Positions 51,983 through 61,735 are shown, counted from the first letter of the stretch. The stretch is 64,000 bases of DNA from Candidatus Heimdallarchaeota archaeon (GCA_018238155.1 JABCTZ010000022.1:56385-120384), one strand, 5' to 3'. The notes: generated by a model not told the origin, from the sequence alone. A program made the numbers and translations.

Positions 51983-52693
51983 TTAAAACAGATATTGTTG
52001 TGCTGTTCCCCATAGAACTTTGTGAAACGCTTCTGCATATCGTACTCCTGCCATTCGTCCAAACATTGTCAATTGTGCTTCGATATATTTATCGACAGGC
52101 CAATTTCCATAAGCTTCTTTGTATACTTCTAGTACGGCCTTTATCTTCTCCCTTTGATTGCTAACATCGACAAAAAATGGGTCCCCGGAATTTAGTGAAT
52201 ATTGGAAAAAAGTTGTGTAGACGCTTACTGGTGTTCTATGAGGTTCAAATTTGCTCTTTGAATTTTTGTAGCGCATATATGATATAGCATCTAGTACAAT
52301 TGTGTAAGTATACCGATGGTCTGGATGTCCTAACCCTATTTGATCTGACTGAGACCAAGTAATAATTATATCTGGCTTTATTTCCTTGAAATGTTCAGCT
52401 AATTTTTTAGCGTTTTCTACTGAAGGAAACACTCCTGAATCCGGTAAATCAAGTAAGCGATATTCTGCACCTAAAATCTTTTCAATTTGCTTTGCATGTC
52501 CTGCCCTTTTTTCGATTATTTCTTCTGGTGAACAGCATATAGATGATGCATTTTCTCCTCTCGTTAAAAATATCACATAAACATCATCGCCTTTCTCTCT
52601 ATGATTAGCTAAAGTTCCAACTACACTTGCTTCATCATCCGGATGGGCGAAAATTGCTACAACATTTTTTGTTTTTTTATTTTCTTTTGACAT
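51983..52693 (-). CDS. PIG-L/LmbE family deacetylase
   Basis: AHPDDE, HPDH, YAEAF. Confidence 0.9.
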   Translation of the reverse strand: MSKENKKTKNVVAIFAHPDDEASVVGTLANHREKGDDVYVIFLTRGENASSICCSPEEIIEKRAGHAKQIEKILGAEYRLLDLPDSGVFPSVENAKKLAEHFKEIKPDIIITWSQSDQIGLGHPDHRYTYTIVLDAISYMRYKNSKSKFEPHRTPVSVYTTFFQYSLNSGDPFFVDVSNQREKIKAVLEVYKEAYGNWPVDKYIEAQLTMFGRMAGVRYAEAFHKVLWGTAQQYLF

Positions 52694-52838
52694 ACTATAC
52701 AGTAGGCGTTTCCCTTAAAAAAAATTTGACTTTGCAAATTAAAGTTTCTCACTTGCTTTTCAATAGTTAGTAATATTGAAAGAAATTAGATAAAAAAAAT
52801 AGTGCTATCCGAGGACAAACAGCCTCTAAGCAAACTAA

Positions 52839-53381
52839 TCATCTTTTTGATCTTTCAACTAATTTTGCTGTTATCTTATTGAAAGCTTCTTCAACATTCT
52901 CTCCAGTTTTTGCACTGGTTTCAATGTAAGCTAAGGCTTTAATTTTCTTAGCATAAGCCATTGCATCTTTCCTTGATACACTTCGTAAATCTTCTAAATC
53001 GTTCTTGTTTCCAACTAGAATTGGTACAACATCTTTTCCGGCATTTTTGATCAAATCAACATGCCAATTATGTAATTTTGTCAGAGTTGCCGGTCTTGTT
53101 AAATCGAAGACTAGTAGTGCTGCTTTTGCCCCTCTAAAGAACATTGTTCGAAAAACATCGAATCTTTGTTGTCCAGCAATATCCCATATGGATAGAGTTA
53201 CCATATCATCTCCAACTTTAACATATTTACTGTATGGTTCCATCCCTACAGTAAGCAGATAATCTGATTTAAATTTCCCACTGATGAATTTCAGTGTTAA
53301 GCTTGTTTTACCTACTGCTGCTTCTCCAATTAACAACACTTTGAAGATATATGATGATTCTTTTAGTTTTGAACTGCTCAT
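52839..53381 (-). CDS. Rab-like small GTPase
   Basis: GEAAVGKTS, WDIAGQ, GNKND, ETSAKTG; no C-terminal prenylation cysteine. Confidence 0.92.
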   Translation of the reverse strand: MSSSKLKESSYIFKVLLIGEAAVGKTSLTLKFISGKFKSDYLLTVGMEPYSKYVKVGDDMVTLSIWDIAGQQRFDVFRTMFFRGAKAALLVFDLTRPATLTKLHNWHVDLIKNAGKDVVPILVGNKNDLEDLRSVSRKDAMAYAKKIKALAYIETSAKTGENVEEAFNKITAKLVERSKR

Positions 53382-53406
53382 TGTATTTGCCCTCTTATTT
53401 TTCTTT

Positions 53407-53658
53407 TTAAGAGCTTACTATTCTTGTCCCTTCAAACACCAATTTCGGTCGTTCTTGGAGCATAATTGATTGTTGATCAGAATATACTCCAACGCTAGAG
53501 TATTCTGCTTCATATTTTGAGCCACATATTGGACACTCAAAGTAAAGCTTCTTTTCCACTTCACTCAATAGTGGTGTTGGTGGGAATATCTGTCGACATT
53601 GTTTATTTTTGCATCTGAAGATTATTAATGGATCGATGCTTGCTAAGTCCTTGTACAT
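53407..53658 (-). CDS. Small zinc-finger protein
   Basis: CKNKQC...CPICG. Confidence 0.65.
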   Translation of the reverse strand: MYKDLASIDPLIIFRCKNKQCRQIFPPTPLLSEVEKKLYFECPICGSKYEAEYSSVGVYSDQQSIMLQERPKLVFEGTRIVSS

Positions 53659-53826
53659 CCTCGATTACACCTGCGTTTCCAGGATAGTTATCCGCACCAT
53701 TTAATCCAATGTATTTTCTATTAAATGGTTCTTGATTCTAAAGTCTTTACCTCTAGACATTTTTATAAAGTTTTATAGGCTTTTTTCTTCGATTTTTCAG
53801 CTATATTAATAATTTTGTATGTTCTT

Positions 53827-54261
53827 CTACAAAAGTAATTCCTTAATTTTTTCAGCCCATTTCAAGGTAAAATCCCTCTCAATGTCCTCATTTCGTAATT
53901 CAGCTTTTAACATCATTGGAATTTCGTCAATGACAGGATAATACGTTTCACATTCCGAACATTTAATGATCCCTGAAATTATTTCTTTTGAAAAACATTC
54001 TTTGCAATCCTTTGCATAGCTTACTTTGCTTGCTTCTGCAGTAGCAGCCAAAGTTTTAATAGAACCGTCTGCAGTATCTGTTTTTTCATTGGATAATATC
54101 AAATCTTCTTTTCCACAATAGTATTTACAAACCACTTTAGTAATTTCATCTGCTTGAGGGATTTTTGGTTCAGAAATCTCTCGTTCTTCAAAGATGCTTA
54201 CTTTTAATGGCCATGTTTTATCAATCGGGCAAGCAAGAATGTCTAATAATCGTAGTTTCAA
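53827..54261 (-). CDS. trm112: Trm112-family methyltransferase activator
   Basis: LLDILACPIDK...GIIKCSECETYYPVIDEIPMML. Confidence 0.85.
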   Translation of the reverse strand: MKLRLLDILACPIDKTWPLKVSIFEEREISEPKIPQADEITKVVCKYYCGKEDLILSNEKTDTADGSIKTLAATAEASKVSYAKDCKECFSKEIISGIIKCSECETYYPVIDEIPMMLKAELRNEDIERDFTLKWAEKIKELLL

Positions 54262-54374
54262 TTTGCTTTCTACTCCTTAGCAAAATCTCTCAATTGCTTT
54301 AGTTTTTACCTATTTGAAAGCTTTCGTAATATCATTTAAAAGAATACTTATGTTTGAATGTATCAGGATAGGTA

Positions 54375-55115
54375 TCAAATAACGCAACAATATGCGAATT
54401 TTTTTAGCATTTGTCCTAAACTATATTGTAGAAAATGCCTCCGACGAATGGTATCTAGTTCATTTGCGGACAGCTGTAGTTTCTCGTTTATCAACCATTT
54501 CGTTGCTTTTCTTGCAGTTTCAATTGGCTTGTCATGCCAAAAATTTTTAACATGAAATTCCCATGGTTTGAATTCATTCGGATAGAGAGAATCAATAGCT
54601 AAAAACGGAGAACTATTATAGAGAGTTTGTAACATCCCCCCTAACCCAAATTTCTTAAATGTGTCATAATTTATCATATCAGGAATTTTTTCTTTAGTAA
54701 TACCTAACTCGTTTATAATATAGTTAATTGCATCATGTGATCGCTTCTTTCCTACATCACCACTCCAGATACCTGTCATACCTTTTGAAAACTGCCAAGG
54801 TTTAAATTTTCCCAGGTAAGTATAGTCTAATGCTTTAAAATAAGATGAATCAAAATGCTCTACTAATAAACGAAATAATCCTATATCATGAAATATTTTT
54901 GCATTGATTTTCTTTGGTACTTCATCAAAACTCAATTGTAAATGATCTTCTATGAGATATTTTAATGCAATTCTTGAATGTTCTTTACCATTTGCACATC
55001 GTCAAAAACCATAGGGGAGAATGAAGTTTTTGTTGTTCAGTTTTGACTTGATTAATAGTCTAACTTCTTCTTCTGAAAGATTAACTAATCGCTCTATAGA
55101 ATTCTTTATTGTCAT
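54375..55115 (-). pseudogene. DUF4046-like repeat protein with an in-frame TGA at 55002-55004
   Basis: ATG at 55115...PYGF*RCANG in frame with the 54375-54935 ORF; repeated YPxxFKPWxF...W...AxxxLI units. Confidence 0.7.
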
Positions 55116-55309
55116 GTTATATTCTCCTGTTTTCTTGTTTAATTTTCCTCAAATTCAATTTGATTTTTTGCTTGAGACTTTTATCGCACTCTCAAAGTTA
55201 TCTCTAGAATTTTAAATTTAAAGATACAAAAAAAGCAATTCATAGCAAAAATAACATTATTATACGTGATACCGAACATATCACATCTAATTGATTGGGA
55301 TGACGCAGT

Positions 55310-55993
55310 ATGCAAACCAGGGATGAAATTTTAGCTAAATTAGCAGAAGACAAACACGCATATTGCTCAGCAAATTTATCCGGAGCAGATCTTAGTGGCG
55401 GCTCTTTGGAAAATGTTGATTTCTTTGATACTGATTTGACGAATGCTAATCTTGAAGGAGCTATTTTAGATGGAGCTTGTCTTGATGCAGCTGTCCTTGA
55501 AGGAGCAAATCTTACAAAAGCTTCTTTGAAGAAAACGAAACTAGAATCGGCAAACCTTCAAAAAGCCAATTTAACTGAAGCTGATTTCTTTGAAGCACTC
55601 CTACCTGATGCCCGATTGGATGAAGCGATTGTTGAAAAAACAAACTTTAGCAAATGCGACATGGAAAATTGTTCATTTTATGAAGCAAAAGGGAAAGGAA
55701 CAAAATTTAATTATTCAAAACTCTATCTTGCGAGTTTAGATTATAGTGATTTATCTGAAGCGGATTTTACTTTTTGTAATCTTCAATTCGCTTCTTTTCG
55801 CGAAGCATCACTTGTTGGAGCGGTTATGAAAAAAGCTCTTCTGAAAGAAGCACGACTAATCAAAACAAATCTCGAAAATGCAGATCTATCGGGAGCTATT
55901 TTGGAGGGCGCTGATTTACAAGGCGCAAATATAAAGGGTACTATTTTCACAGGTGCGAGAATGAAAGGAATTAAAAATAAACCTTCTGCATAA
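55310..55993 (+). CDS. Pentapeptide repeat protein
   Basis: A(D/N)Lxx repeats throughout. Confidence 0.93.
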   Translation: MQTRDEILAKLAEDKHAYCSANLSGADLSGGSLENVDFFDTDLTNANLEGAILDGACLDAAVLEGANLTKASLKKTKLESANLQKANLTEADFFEALLPDARLDEAIVEKTNFSKCDMENCSFYEAKGKGTKFNYSKLYLASLDYSDLSEADFTFCNLQFASFREASLVGAVMKKALLKEARLIKTNLENADLSGAILEGADLQGANIKGTIFTGARMKGIKNKPSA

Positions 55994-56116
55994 CGCTTCA
56001 CTTGTTATCTTCACATAAAAAGAGTCTTTTTTGCTATTTTTTTTCAGAGAAAACGTTTTTGTAGTAAAAGGACAATATAGTTACTTATACCGACAATATT
56101 CAACGAGTGTTTAGAA

Positions 56117-56626
56117 ATGAGTGAATTTGAATATATTAAAATGTTGGAGCAAATTAGAAATGAACGAAATCAAAAGCAACGCGAAGAGCTTTTTGATTTC
56201 ATTGGTGAAAACGGTGATGATCGATTCGTTGAACCATTAACAGAACTTCTTAGAACAAATGACAACCCAAAATTAAGATCTTCATTGTATACTACATTCT
56301 CAAAAATAGGCACCGAATTAGCTGAACAAGCTATCCAAACCCAAATTAAAACCAAATTGCCAAAAGATAATGGAAAGAAAATAACAAAGAAATCATGGAA
56401 AGAAGCAGTTGATTTTCTCGAGACTAATTTAGAAGCTAGCTTCATCCGAAAAGTAGAAGGCGTAATTGAATCGGAAGGACGTCTTTGGAGTCGTAAAAAC
56501 AAAGGTGAGATTGGAGTTTATATTCGCAATCTATTACGCAATAATGGTTTTAACTGGGGCGAACAAGCAATGAATATTTACTGGCCATGGCTTATTGAAG
56601 ACGTTTTACAACAACAAAATAAATAA
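56117..56626 (+). CDS. Hypothetical protein with a HEAT-like N-terminus
   Basis: GDDRFVEPLTELL...LRSSLYTTFSKIG. Confidence 0.7.
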   Translation: MSEFEYIKMLEQIRNERNQKQREELFDFIGENGDDRFVEPLTELLRTNDNPKLRSSLYTTFSKIGTELAEQAIQTQIKTKLPKDNGKKITKKSWKEAVDFLETNLEASFIRKVEGVIESEGRLWSRKNKGEIGVYIRNLLRNNGFNWGEQAMNIYWPWLIEDVLQQQNK

Positions 56627-56669
56627 AAAAAATTAAGTTTGAGAAGATGAAATTCTTCTCTTTTTTCTT

Positions 56670-57035
56670 TTAATCTTCAACCGTTGCTTCCTTTGTAGGA
56701 ATGAACAGAGTTTTTGAAACCTTCACCAAACTGGCTAGGAAAAATGCTGCTGCAACTGGGAAGAGAAATATTGTGATAAATATTAATCTAGTAAAACCTA
56801 ATTCTTCATTACCAAATGAGAGCAAGCCTGCAAAGAAATCCCAAAATTTGAAATAGAGGAAAAATAACGCAAAAGCTCCAAATAACGCTATGAGTCTTAT
56901 AATGTCCCATATTGAAACTCTATCTCGAAATTTCTCTTTATCTTCTTCTTCAAAGTATTCCCATTCTTCTTCTTCTTCTTCCTCATCTTCGATTTCGGTA
57001 TAGTATTCATCGTCATCGTAGTCTTTTGAGCTCAT
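56670..57035 (-). CDS. Small two-TM protein with an acidic N-terminus
   Basis: D/E tract followed by two TM helices. Confidence 0.7.
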   Translation of the reverse strand: MSSKDYDDDEYYTEIEDEEEEEEEWEYFEEEDKEKFRDRVSIWDIIRLIALFGAFALFFLYFKFWDFFAGLLSFGNEELGFTRLIFITIFLFPVAAAFFLASLVKVSKTLFIPTKEATVED

Positions 57036-57133
57036 GGTTCTACCTCATGTATCACTATTCTTACAGCAACTCTTGAGTTAATTATCAGTTTAAAAAAGTT
57101 TTTTCTATAAAGGATTTTCTATCTCTTTTAAGA

Positions 57134-57883
57134 TTGGTTTTTAACAAAGTATTTAGTTTATTTAATAAAGTAGTAACACCCTTTACATTGCAAAGAGATA
57201 TTTGGAGAAGATTAGTCTTGTTTGGTTCAAGGAAAAAAAAGAGTCCCTGTAGATTTTGTGATAATAATGTCGAATTTATGAAACAGTATAATGACTATTT
57301 TTGTCCAAAATGCGAGCGTTTTCAATCTGAAGATTCTGTTAAAGAAATAAAGCTTTTGCCAATATTTAAACTAAAAAAGTATAATTTCGCTGCTCAGAAA
57401 TATGCCTATATTATTTATAATTCATTAGGCTCAAGAATCGCTTTTGCAGAAAAAAGAGATGTAACTAAATTTGTCTCAGATAAGAAATACAATATTAGAT
57501 ATTATTTCTTTAATGATATGAAGCGAATTGTTGGCTCAGTGGACGGAAGTTCAGGTGCTGCGAATAAAATATCAGAAGCAAGTTGGAAAATATTTGACTA
57601 TGGTAGAAATTTACGCGCTGAAATAAGACATATATCTGAATCGGATACTTGGCAAATTCTTGATACTAATGGAGAAATAATTGCTTTGAGAGACCCAGAA
57701 GACAATCGCTCATTAAAAAATAAAATGAGACAGTTTACTTTTGTTAATCCTGAAAATCGAGAGGAGGTCTACTTCCAAACTAATAGAAAAGCGGGATTTG
57801 TTTTGCAAATTCTTAGTGATAAACTCGATCCTCATATTGGATGGGGATTTATCGTTGCACTTCATCAAAGAGCCTATGCTTAA
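57134..57883 (+). CDS. Zn-ribbon plus LURP-one/scramblase-like beta-barrel protein (tentative)
   Basis: CRFC...CPKC, repeated (W/Y)xIxDxxGxxIA hairpins and a terminal hydrophobic helix. Confidence 0.6.
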   Translation: MVFNKVFSLFNKVVTPFTLQRDIWRRLVLFGSRKKKSPCRFCDNNVEFMKQYNDYFCPKCERFQSEDSVKEIKLLPIFKLKKYNFAAQKYAYIIYNSLGSRIAFAEKRDVTKFVSDKKYNIRYYFFNDMKRIVGSVDGSSGAANKISEASWKIFDYGRNLRAEIRHISESDTWQILDTNGEIIALRDPEDNRSLKNKMRQFTFVNPENREEVYFQTNRKAGFVLQILSDKLDPHIGWGFIVALHQRAYA

Positions 57884-57887
57884 ACAA

Positions 57888-58526
57888 TTACACTCTCTTG
57901 GAGTATCTACCTCGAGATGCTATCTCTCTTATTTTTTCTTCTATTTGTCCACCATATTGTGAAGTTTCCTTATATCCTTGAATTATTGCATTCCATGAAT
58001 CTTCGTAGATATCTTGGTGGGTGCTAATGAATGCTCTTTCGAGAAGATATACATCAATTCCAAAATCCTCCAATCTATCAGAAATGTATCCTAACCCAAA
58101 ATCAACAAATATTAGTTCATTATTTTTTGATGAGAGAAGTATATTTGATGTAGTTAAATCCCCGTGAATAATATTAGCGTGATGTAATTTACCTACGTTT
58201 CTTCCGATTTCTTTGCAAATATCAATTATTTTTTTAGTTTTAAAACTTGGTAAAAGATTTTTCAGTTGATCCCCTTCAATTAATTCCATTATAATGGTCG
58301 TTTGAGGGATATCGATTTCATAAATAAAAGGAGTCTTTACACCTGCAAGTGATTTAGCTTTAGCAAGTAATTTTGCTTCATGTATTGTTCTCTGTTTTCG
58401 AAAGTAAAAGTCCAATTCCTTTATTCGATAGGTTTTAGCTATTCGCTGTTTGTAAATAGCAGGTAAATCGAGCCAATCCTTAATGTAAAGTTTTGATTCG
58501 GCTCCACGGAAAGTTTCCTTCAACAA
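57888..58526 (-). CDS. bud32: KEOPS kinase Bud32
   Basis: RGAES, KQRIAKTYR, IIHGDLTTSN, VDFGLG, RGRY. Confidence 0.93.
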   Translation of the reverse strand: MLKETFRGAESKLYIKDWLDLPAIYKQRIAKTYRIKELDFYFRKQRTIHEAKLLAKAKSLAGVKTPFIYEIDIPQTTIIMELIEGDQLKNLLPSFKTKKIIDICKEIGRNVGKLHHANIIHGDLTTSNILLSSKNNELIFVDFGLGYISDRLEDFGIDVYLLERAFISTHQDIYEDSWNAIIQGYKETSQYGGQIEEKIREIASRGRYSKRV

Positions 58527-58656
58527 AGAATGACCTCATCGCTTTCATTTACTATTTAAAACTAATAAATTAATAGATAAAAATTATTAATTTTCTATTA
58601 TAATCTGAGAATAGGATTAATATCCAAAAGGGTGGGAGGAGAGGGAGGATAATTAT

Positions 58657-58830
58657 TTACTTCCCTTTTTGCTTATATTCTGTATAACCACAACTTCCAC
58701 AAGTTCTTCTGTCTTTGTGCTCAGCAAGGAAAGATCCTTTACATCGAAGGCATTCTTTCTTAACTCGCTGAATACCTGATTTATCTACTTTGTAATATGT
58801 CCAAACTTCTTGATTTTTCTCTTTAGGCAT
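58657..58830 (-). CDS. rps27ae: 30S ribosomal protein S27ae (eS31)
   Basis: Manual translation YYKVD...KECLRCKGSFLAEHKDRRTCGSCGYTEY; conserved operon position. Confidence 0.93.
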   Translation of the reverse strand: MPKEKNQEVWTYYKVDKSGIQRVKKECLRCKGSFLAEHKDRRTCGSCGYTEYKQKGK

Positions 58831-58861
58831 TAGTATTCACCGTATCTTCTATTCTTCTATT

Positions 58862-59155
58862 TTATTCCTTTTTAGGTGCTGGGGGAATATTTCGTTTGAT
58901 TAAGTGTTCTGGCTCAACAGTTTTTAGTGTTTCTTGTGTTTTGTATGCATGAGCAATTCCAACACTTTTGCGAATACCAGTCAATTGTTCAATTTTTTTG
59001 ATAACAACTAAACTAGCATCATAATTAATCATTGCAGCCAACTTTTCTTTAACCTCTAATCGTTTTGGGGTTTCTGCTTCAGATTCAATCTCAAAGTTAA
59101 CTTCGAGTCGATCTAGAAGCTTGTTGGTGTTTTTATTTACTACTTTTATCTTCAT
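58862..59155 (-). CDS. rps24e: 30S ribosomal protein S24e
   Basis: NKLLDRLEV, TPKRLEVKEKLAAM, EPEHLIKRN. Confidence 0.93.
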   Translation of the reverse strand: MKIKVVNKNTNKLLDRLEVNFEIESEAETPKRLEVKEKLAAMINYDASLVVIKKIEQLTGIRKSVGIAHAYKTQETLKTVEPEHLIKRNIPPAPKKE

Positions 59156-59729
59156 TTTTATTAACCTTCATTCGTTCGATAAGCTTTCTAAATTTGAACT
59201 TTATGTCTGCTGTTACTTTAATTAGCACAACCCCTTCATGAGGTTGACCATAAATGATGAAAGCTCCTTCAGGACTTTCAATCACTGCTGGAAATACCAA
59301 TAAATCCTCTTCTCCATCTATAAAAAGAACTATTGGTTCCTTTGATTTATTATTGGAAGAGTCAATTAGTTTTCCTATTTGTTCAGCGATCATTGTCCAT
59401 GATTCAGCTGTTACCATCGCTGGGGGATTTTTCATCTTTATTACTTTTGCGTTTGGAATCAAGATATTTTTGAATTTTCGGCGTAAGTTTTTGCCATCTA
59501 TTATAGAGATATTCGGGATGTAACCTGAATTGATAGCTTTTTGTACACAAAAATCTCCAACGAAAATTGTTAAACGCGGTTTATCACATTCTATTCGTTT
59601 TAATAGGTTCTTTGTTGGTGACTCAGTAATCAATTCTCCTAACGGTTGTTTTAGTTCCTCTCTCATTTCAACAGGTAAGAAATAATCTTGAGATGAGAAA
59701 TTTTTTTCTTTTTTCATAACTAAATTCAA
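59133..59729 (-). CDS. GTP-dependent dephospho-CoA kinase (DUF359)
   Basis: LKQPLG, VGD, IDGK, NPPA, DGEEDLL, YGQP. Confidence 0.9.
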   Translation of the reverse strand: MNLVMKKEKNFSSQDYFLPVEMREELKQPLGELITESPTKNLLKRIECDKPRLTIFVGDFCVQKAINSGYIPNISIIDGKNLRRKFKNILIPNAKVIKMKNPPAMVTAESWTMIAEQIGKLIDSSNNKSKEPIVLFIDGEEDLLVFPAVIESPEGAFIIYGQPHEGVVLIKVTADIKFKFRKLIERMKVNKNEDKSSK

Positions 59730-59779
59730 CCAGTCAATATTAGAAGAACAAAAAGTGAAACAAGAGTAAAGATAAAAAA

Positions 59780-59965
59780 TTATCTCACTCGTAAGGCGTA
59801 AGTTCCGGGTTTTTTGATATTTAATTTCTTAGCTATTTCAGATTGCTCAGGATTGATTATATGAACTTCTCCGGAATAATCTTTAGAAAAGTTATGAGTT
59901 TTACAATTTGGGCATTGGTTGCCTTCATCAACTATTCTGTGGCAGGTTTTACATGCTTTAGCCAT
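59780..59965 (-). CDS. spt4: Transcription elongation factor Spt4 (RpoE'')
   Basis: KACKTCH...CPNC...PEQSEIAKKLNIKKPGTYALRVR. Confidence 0.95.
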   Translation of the reverse strand: MAKACKTCHRIVDEGNQCPNCKTHNFSKDYSGEVHIINPEQSEIAKKLNIKKPGTYALRVR

Positions 59966-60012
59966 TTTTTGCACCTTATCATACTTTGTTTAATAAATAT
60001 AAATTAATCATT

Positions 60013-60762
60013 CTATTTCTTTTTCGTTGTGGACTTTTTTGTAGTAGATTTCTTTTCGTCAGTCTTCTTTTCAGAAGCTTTCTTAGTGGAAGATTTCTTT
60101 TCATCAGTCTTCTTTTCAGAAGCTTTTGATTTAGATTTAGTTTTTGAATCGGATTTGGTCTTTTTAGCAGCTTTTTCTTTAGTATCTTTGGTCTTTCCAG
60201 CAGGTTTTTTAACTTTTGTTGTAGAGGATTTCTTCCATTCCTCAACCCAACTATCAACACCAAGACCTGCTTGTCTCATTGTTACACCAATTCTTATTTG
60301 AGACTTACCAATGGTTACAGCTATTATTCTAGCTCGTACTCTATCACCAACACTGATTGTCTTCCCACTTTCACGACCCATTAAGGCACCTTGCTTTGCA
60401 CTGTAAGAATAGAAATCATCAGCAACTTGACTAACATGGCATAATGCATCAACACAACCGAGACGTAAAAAGACACCGAAATCAGTAACTTCTACAACAT
60501 CACCAATAATAAATTCCCTGTCCTCGGGAAGATAATTCAAAGTACTAAATATAACATCATAGAAAGCTGATCCATCACCAGGAACCAACCTGCCAGGACC
60601 TATCTCCATGAGATCAACTACAACGATAGTAAGTCCCAATTCTTTACTGATTGTACCTTCGAATGTCTCTCTACAGATTTCTAGTACAACATCTTCAAGG
60701 TCTTCGCCAAATCTCTTTGGGATAACTCTAATTGTATCGCGAACTTCAGCAACGTAGTAAAT
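60013..60762 (-). CDS. rpoE: RNA polymerase subunit E' (Rpo7) with a Lys-rich tail; apparent ATT start
   Basis: (M)YYVAEVRDTIRVIPKRFG...PGDG...FGVFLRLG...DALCHVSQ...GVTMRQAGLG. Confidence 0.93.
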   Translation of the reverse strand: MYYVAEVRDTIRVIPKRFGEDLEDVVLEICRETFEGTISKELGLTIVVVDLMEIGPGRLVPGDGSAFYDVIFSTLNYLPEDREFIIGDVVEVTDFGVFLRLGCVDALCHVSQVADDFYSYSAKQGALMGRESGKTISVGDRVRARIIAVTIGKSQIRIGVTMRQAGLGVDSWVEEWKKSSTTKVKKPAGKTKDTKEKAAKKTKSDSKTKSKSKASEKKTDEKKSSTKKASEKKTDEKKSTTKKSTTKKK

Positions 60763-60852
60763 TGTTCTGTCTCCTACCGACTTTTTTTGTTGGTTCTTCC
60801 CTGCCTATGCTCCGAGCCTTCTCAATCTTCGAGTTGGATTTCCTCTCTTGAG

Positions 60853-61500
60853 TCAGTTTTGTTCATGGTCAAGGATTAGATGCATCTCAGCACCTCTAGC
60901 ACTTTTGCGGATGCTTTTATTCCTTTGCATTTCTCCGCTACAGATTGCCGATTCTGAGATTGATTTTTTAGTCTTTTGGTTGCTATTTCTATTGATTATT
61001 GTTCCTTTTGTTATTATTATTTTTCCGCTCAGATAGTCATTTATTGCTAAATTTGCCATTAGTAGTAAGTGGTTTCTCAAGCTATTCTGCTCGTAGGTCA
61101 TTGACTCTATTATTCGTTTTAATTCTTTTGAGTTGTAGATGTAATTGTTAGTTTGTATGCGGAATCTTGTCTTTTTTCTATTTCTTCTGCTAATTGTTTG
61201 AATGCTATTTTCCCATTTTGATAGTCATATCTCGTTAAAGTTTTGAAAGGTTTCTTCCTCGTTATGTAAGAAGCTAATCCATCGTAATATCTAATCAAAG
61301 GCAGTAGTTTGTTTTCAGTAGTTGTTCCGTTGTGATGGTTCAAACATGCATTTCTAATTTCTGCATCTTTAATTATTATTTCTTTGAATATCTCGCTTGG
61401 GTGTTTTTCTGTATGCACAAAATCGCGAAGCATTAACGCTATAAGCAATCTTTGTAATTCTTTAGGATAATTTGGTCCCAACCCTTTTCTGATTTTTAGT
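60853..61500 (-). pseudogene. Fragmented HD-domain gene with Cas10-like permuted motif order
   Basis: LRDFVH...NHHNG...YYDGLAS, then after a frameshift SLRNHLLLMANLA. Confidence 0.55.
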
Positions 61501-61735
61501 TTCCTTCTCTTTTGATCTTGTTCGTATTACTTCTTGTAAGGCTATTTTTTCAAGAACAATTTTTCCTGCGCCATTATTTACCCCCCACCGAACCCTAGTT
61601 CTGGCATAAAGAGAATACTTTGTAATAGGAATCCTAAATCTTCTCGAGATAGTTCTTCTGGTGGTTCTATTTTTAGTGTGAATCGTCCTGCTATATAACG
61701 CTCTCCAAAATCCTGTATTGTTTTCTTAGCAGACC
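61500..61735 (-). pseudogene. RAMP (Cas7/Csm3-like) C-terminal fragment
   Basis: FGERYIAGRFTLKI...DLGFLLQSILFMPELGFGGG/VNNGAGKIVLEKI: glycine-rich loop with a frameshift in a G6 run. Confidence 0.55.

Noticed and set aside
55002-55004. TGA at probable Trp positions (also at 62272) suggesting UGA recoding or selenocysteine
   Set aside because: TGA ends many intact genes here and TGG is used normally; the same genes carry other lesions, so G-to-A mutation suffices.
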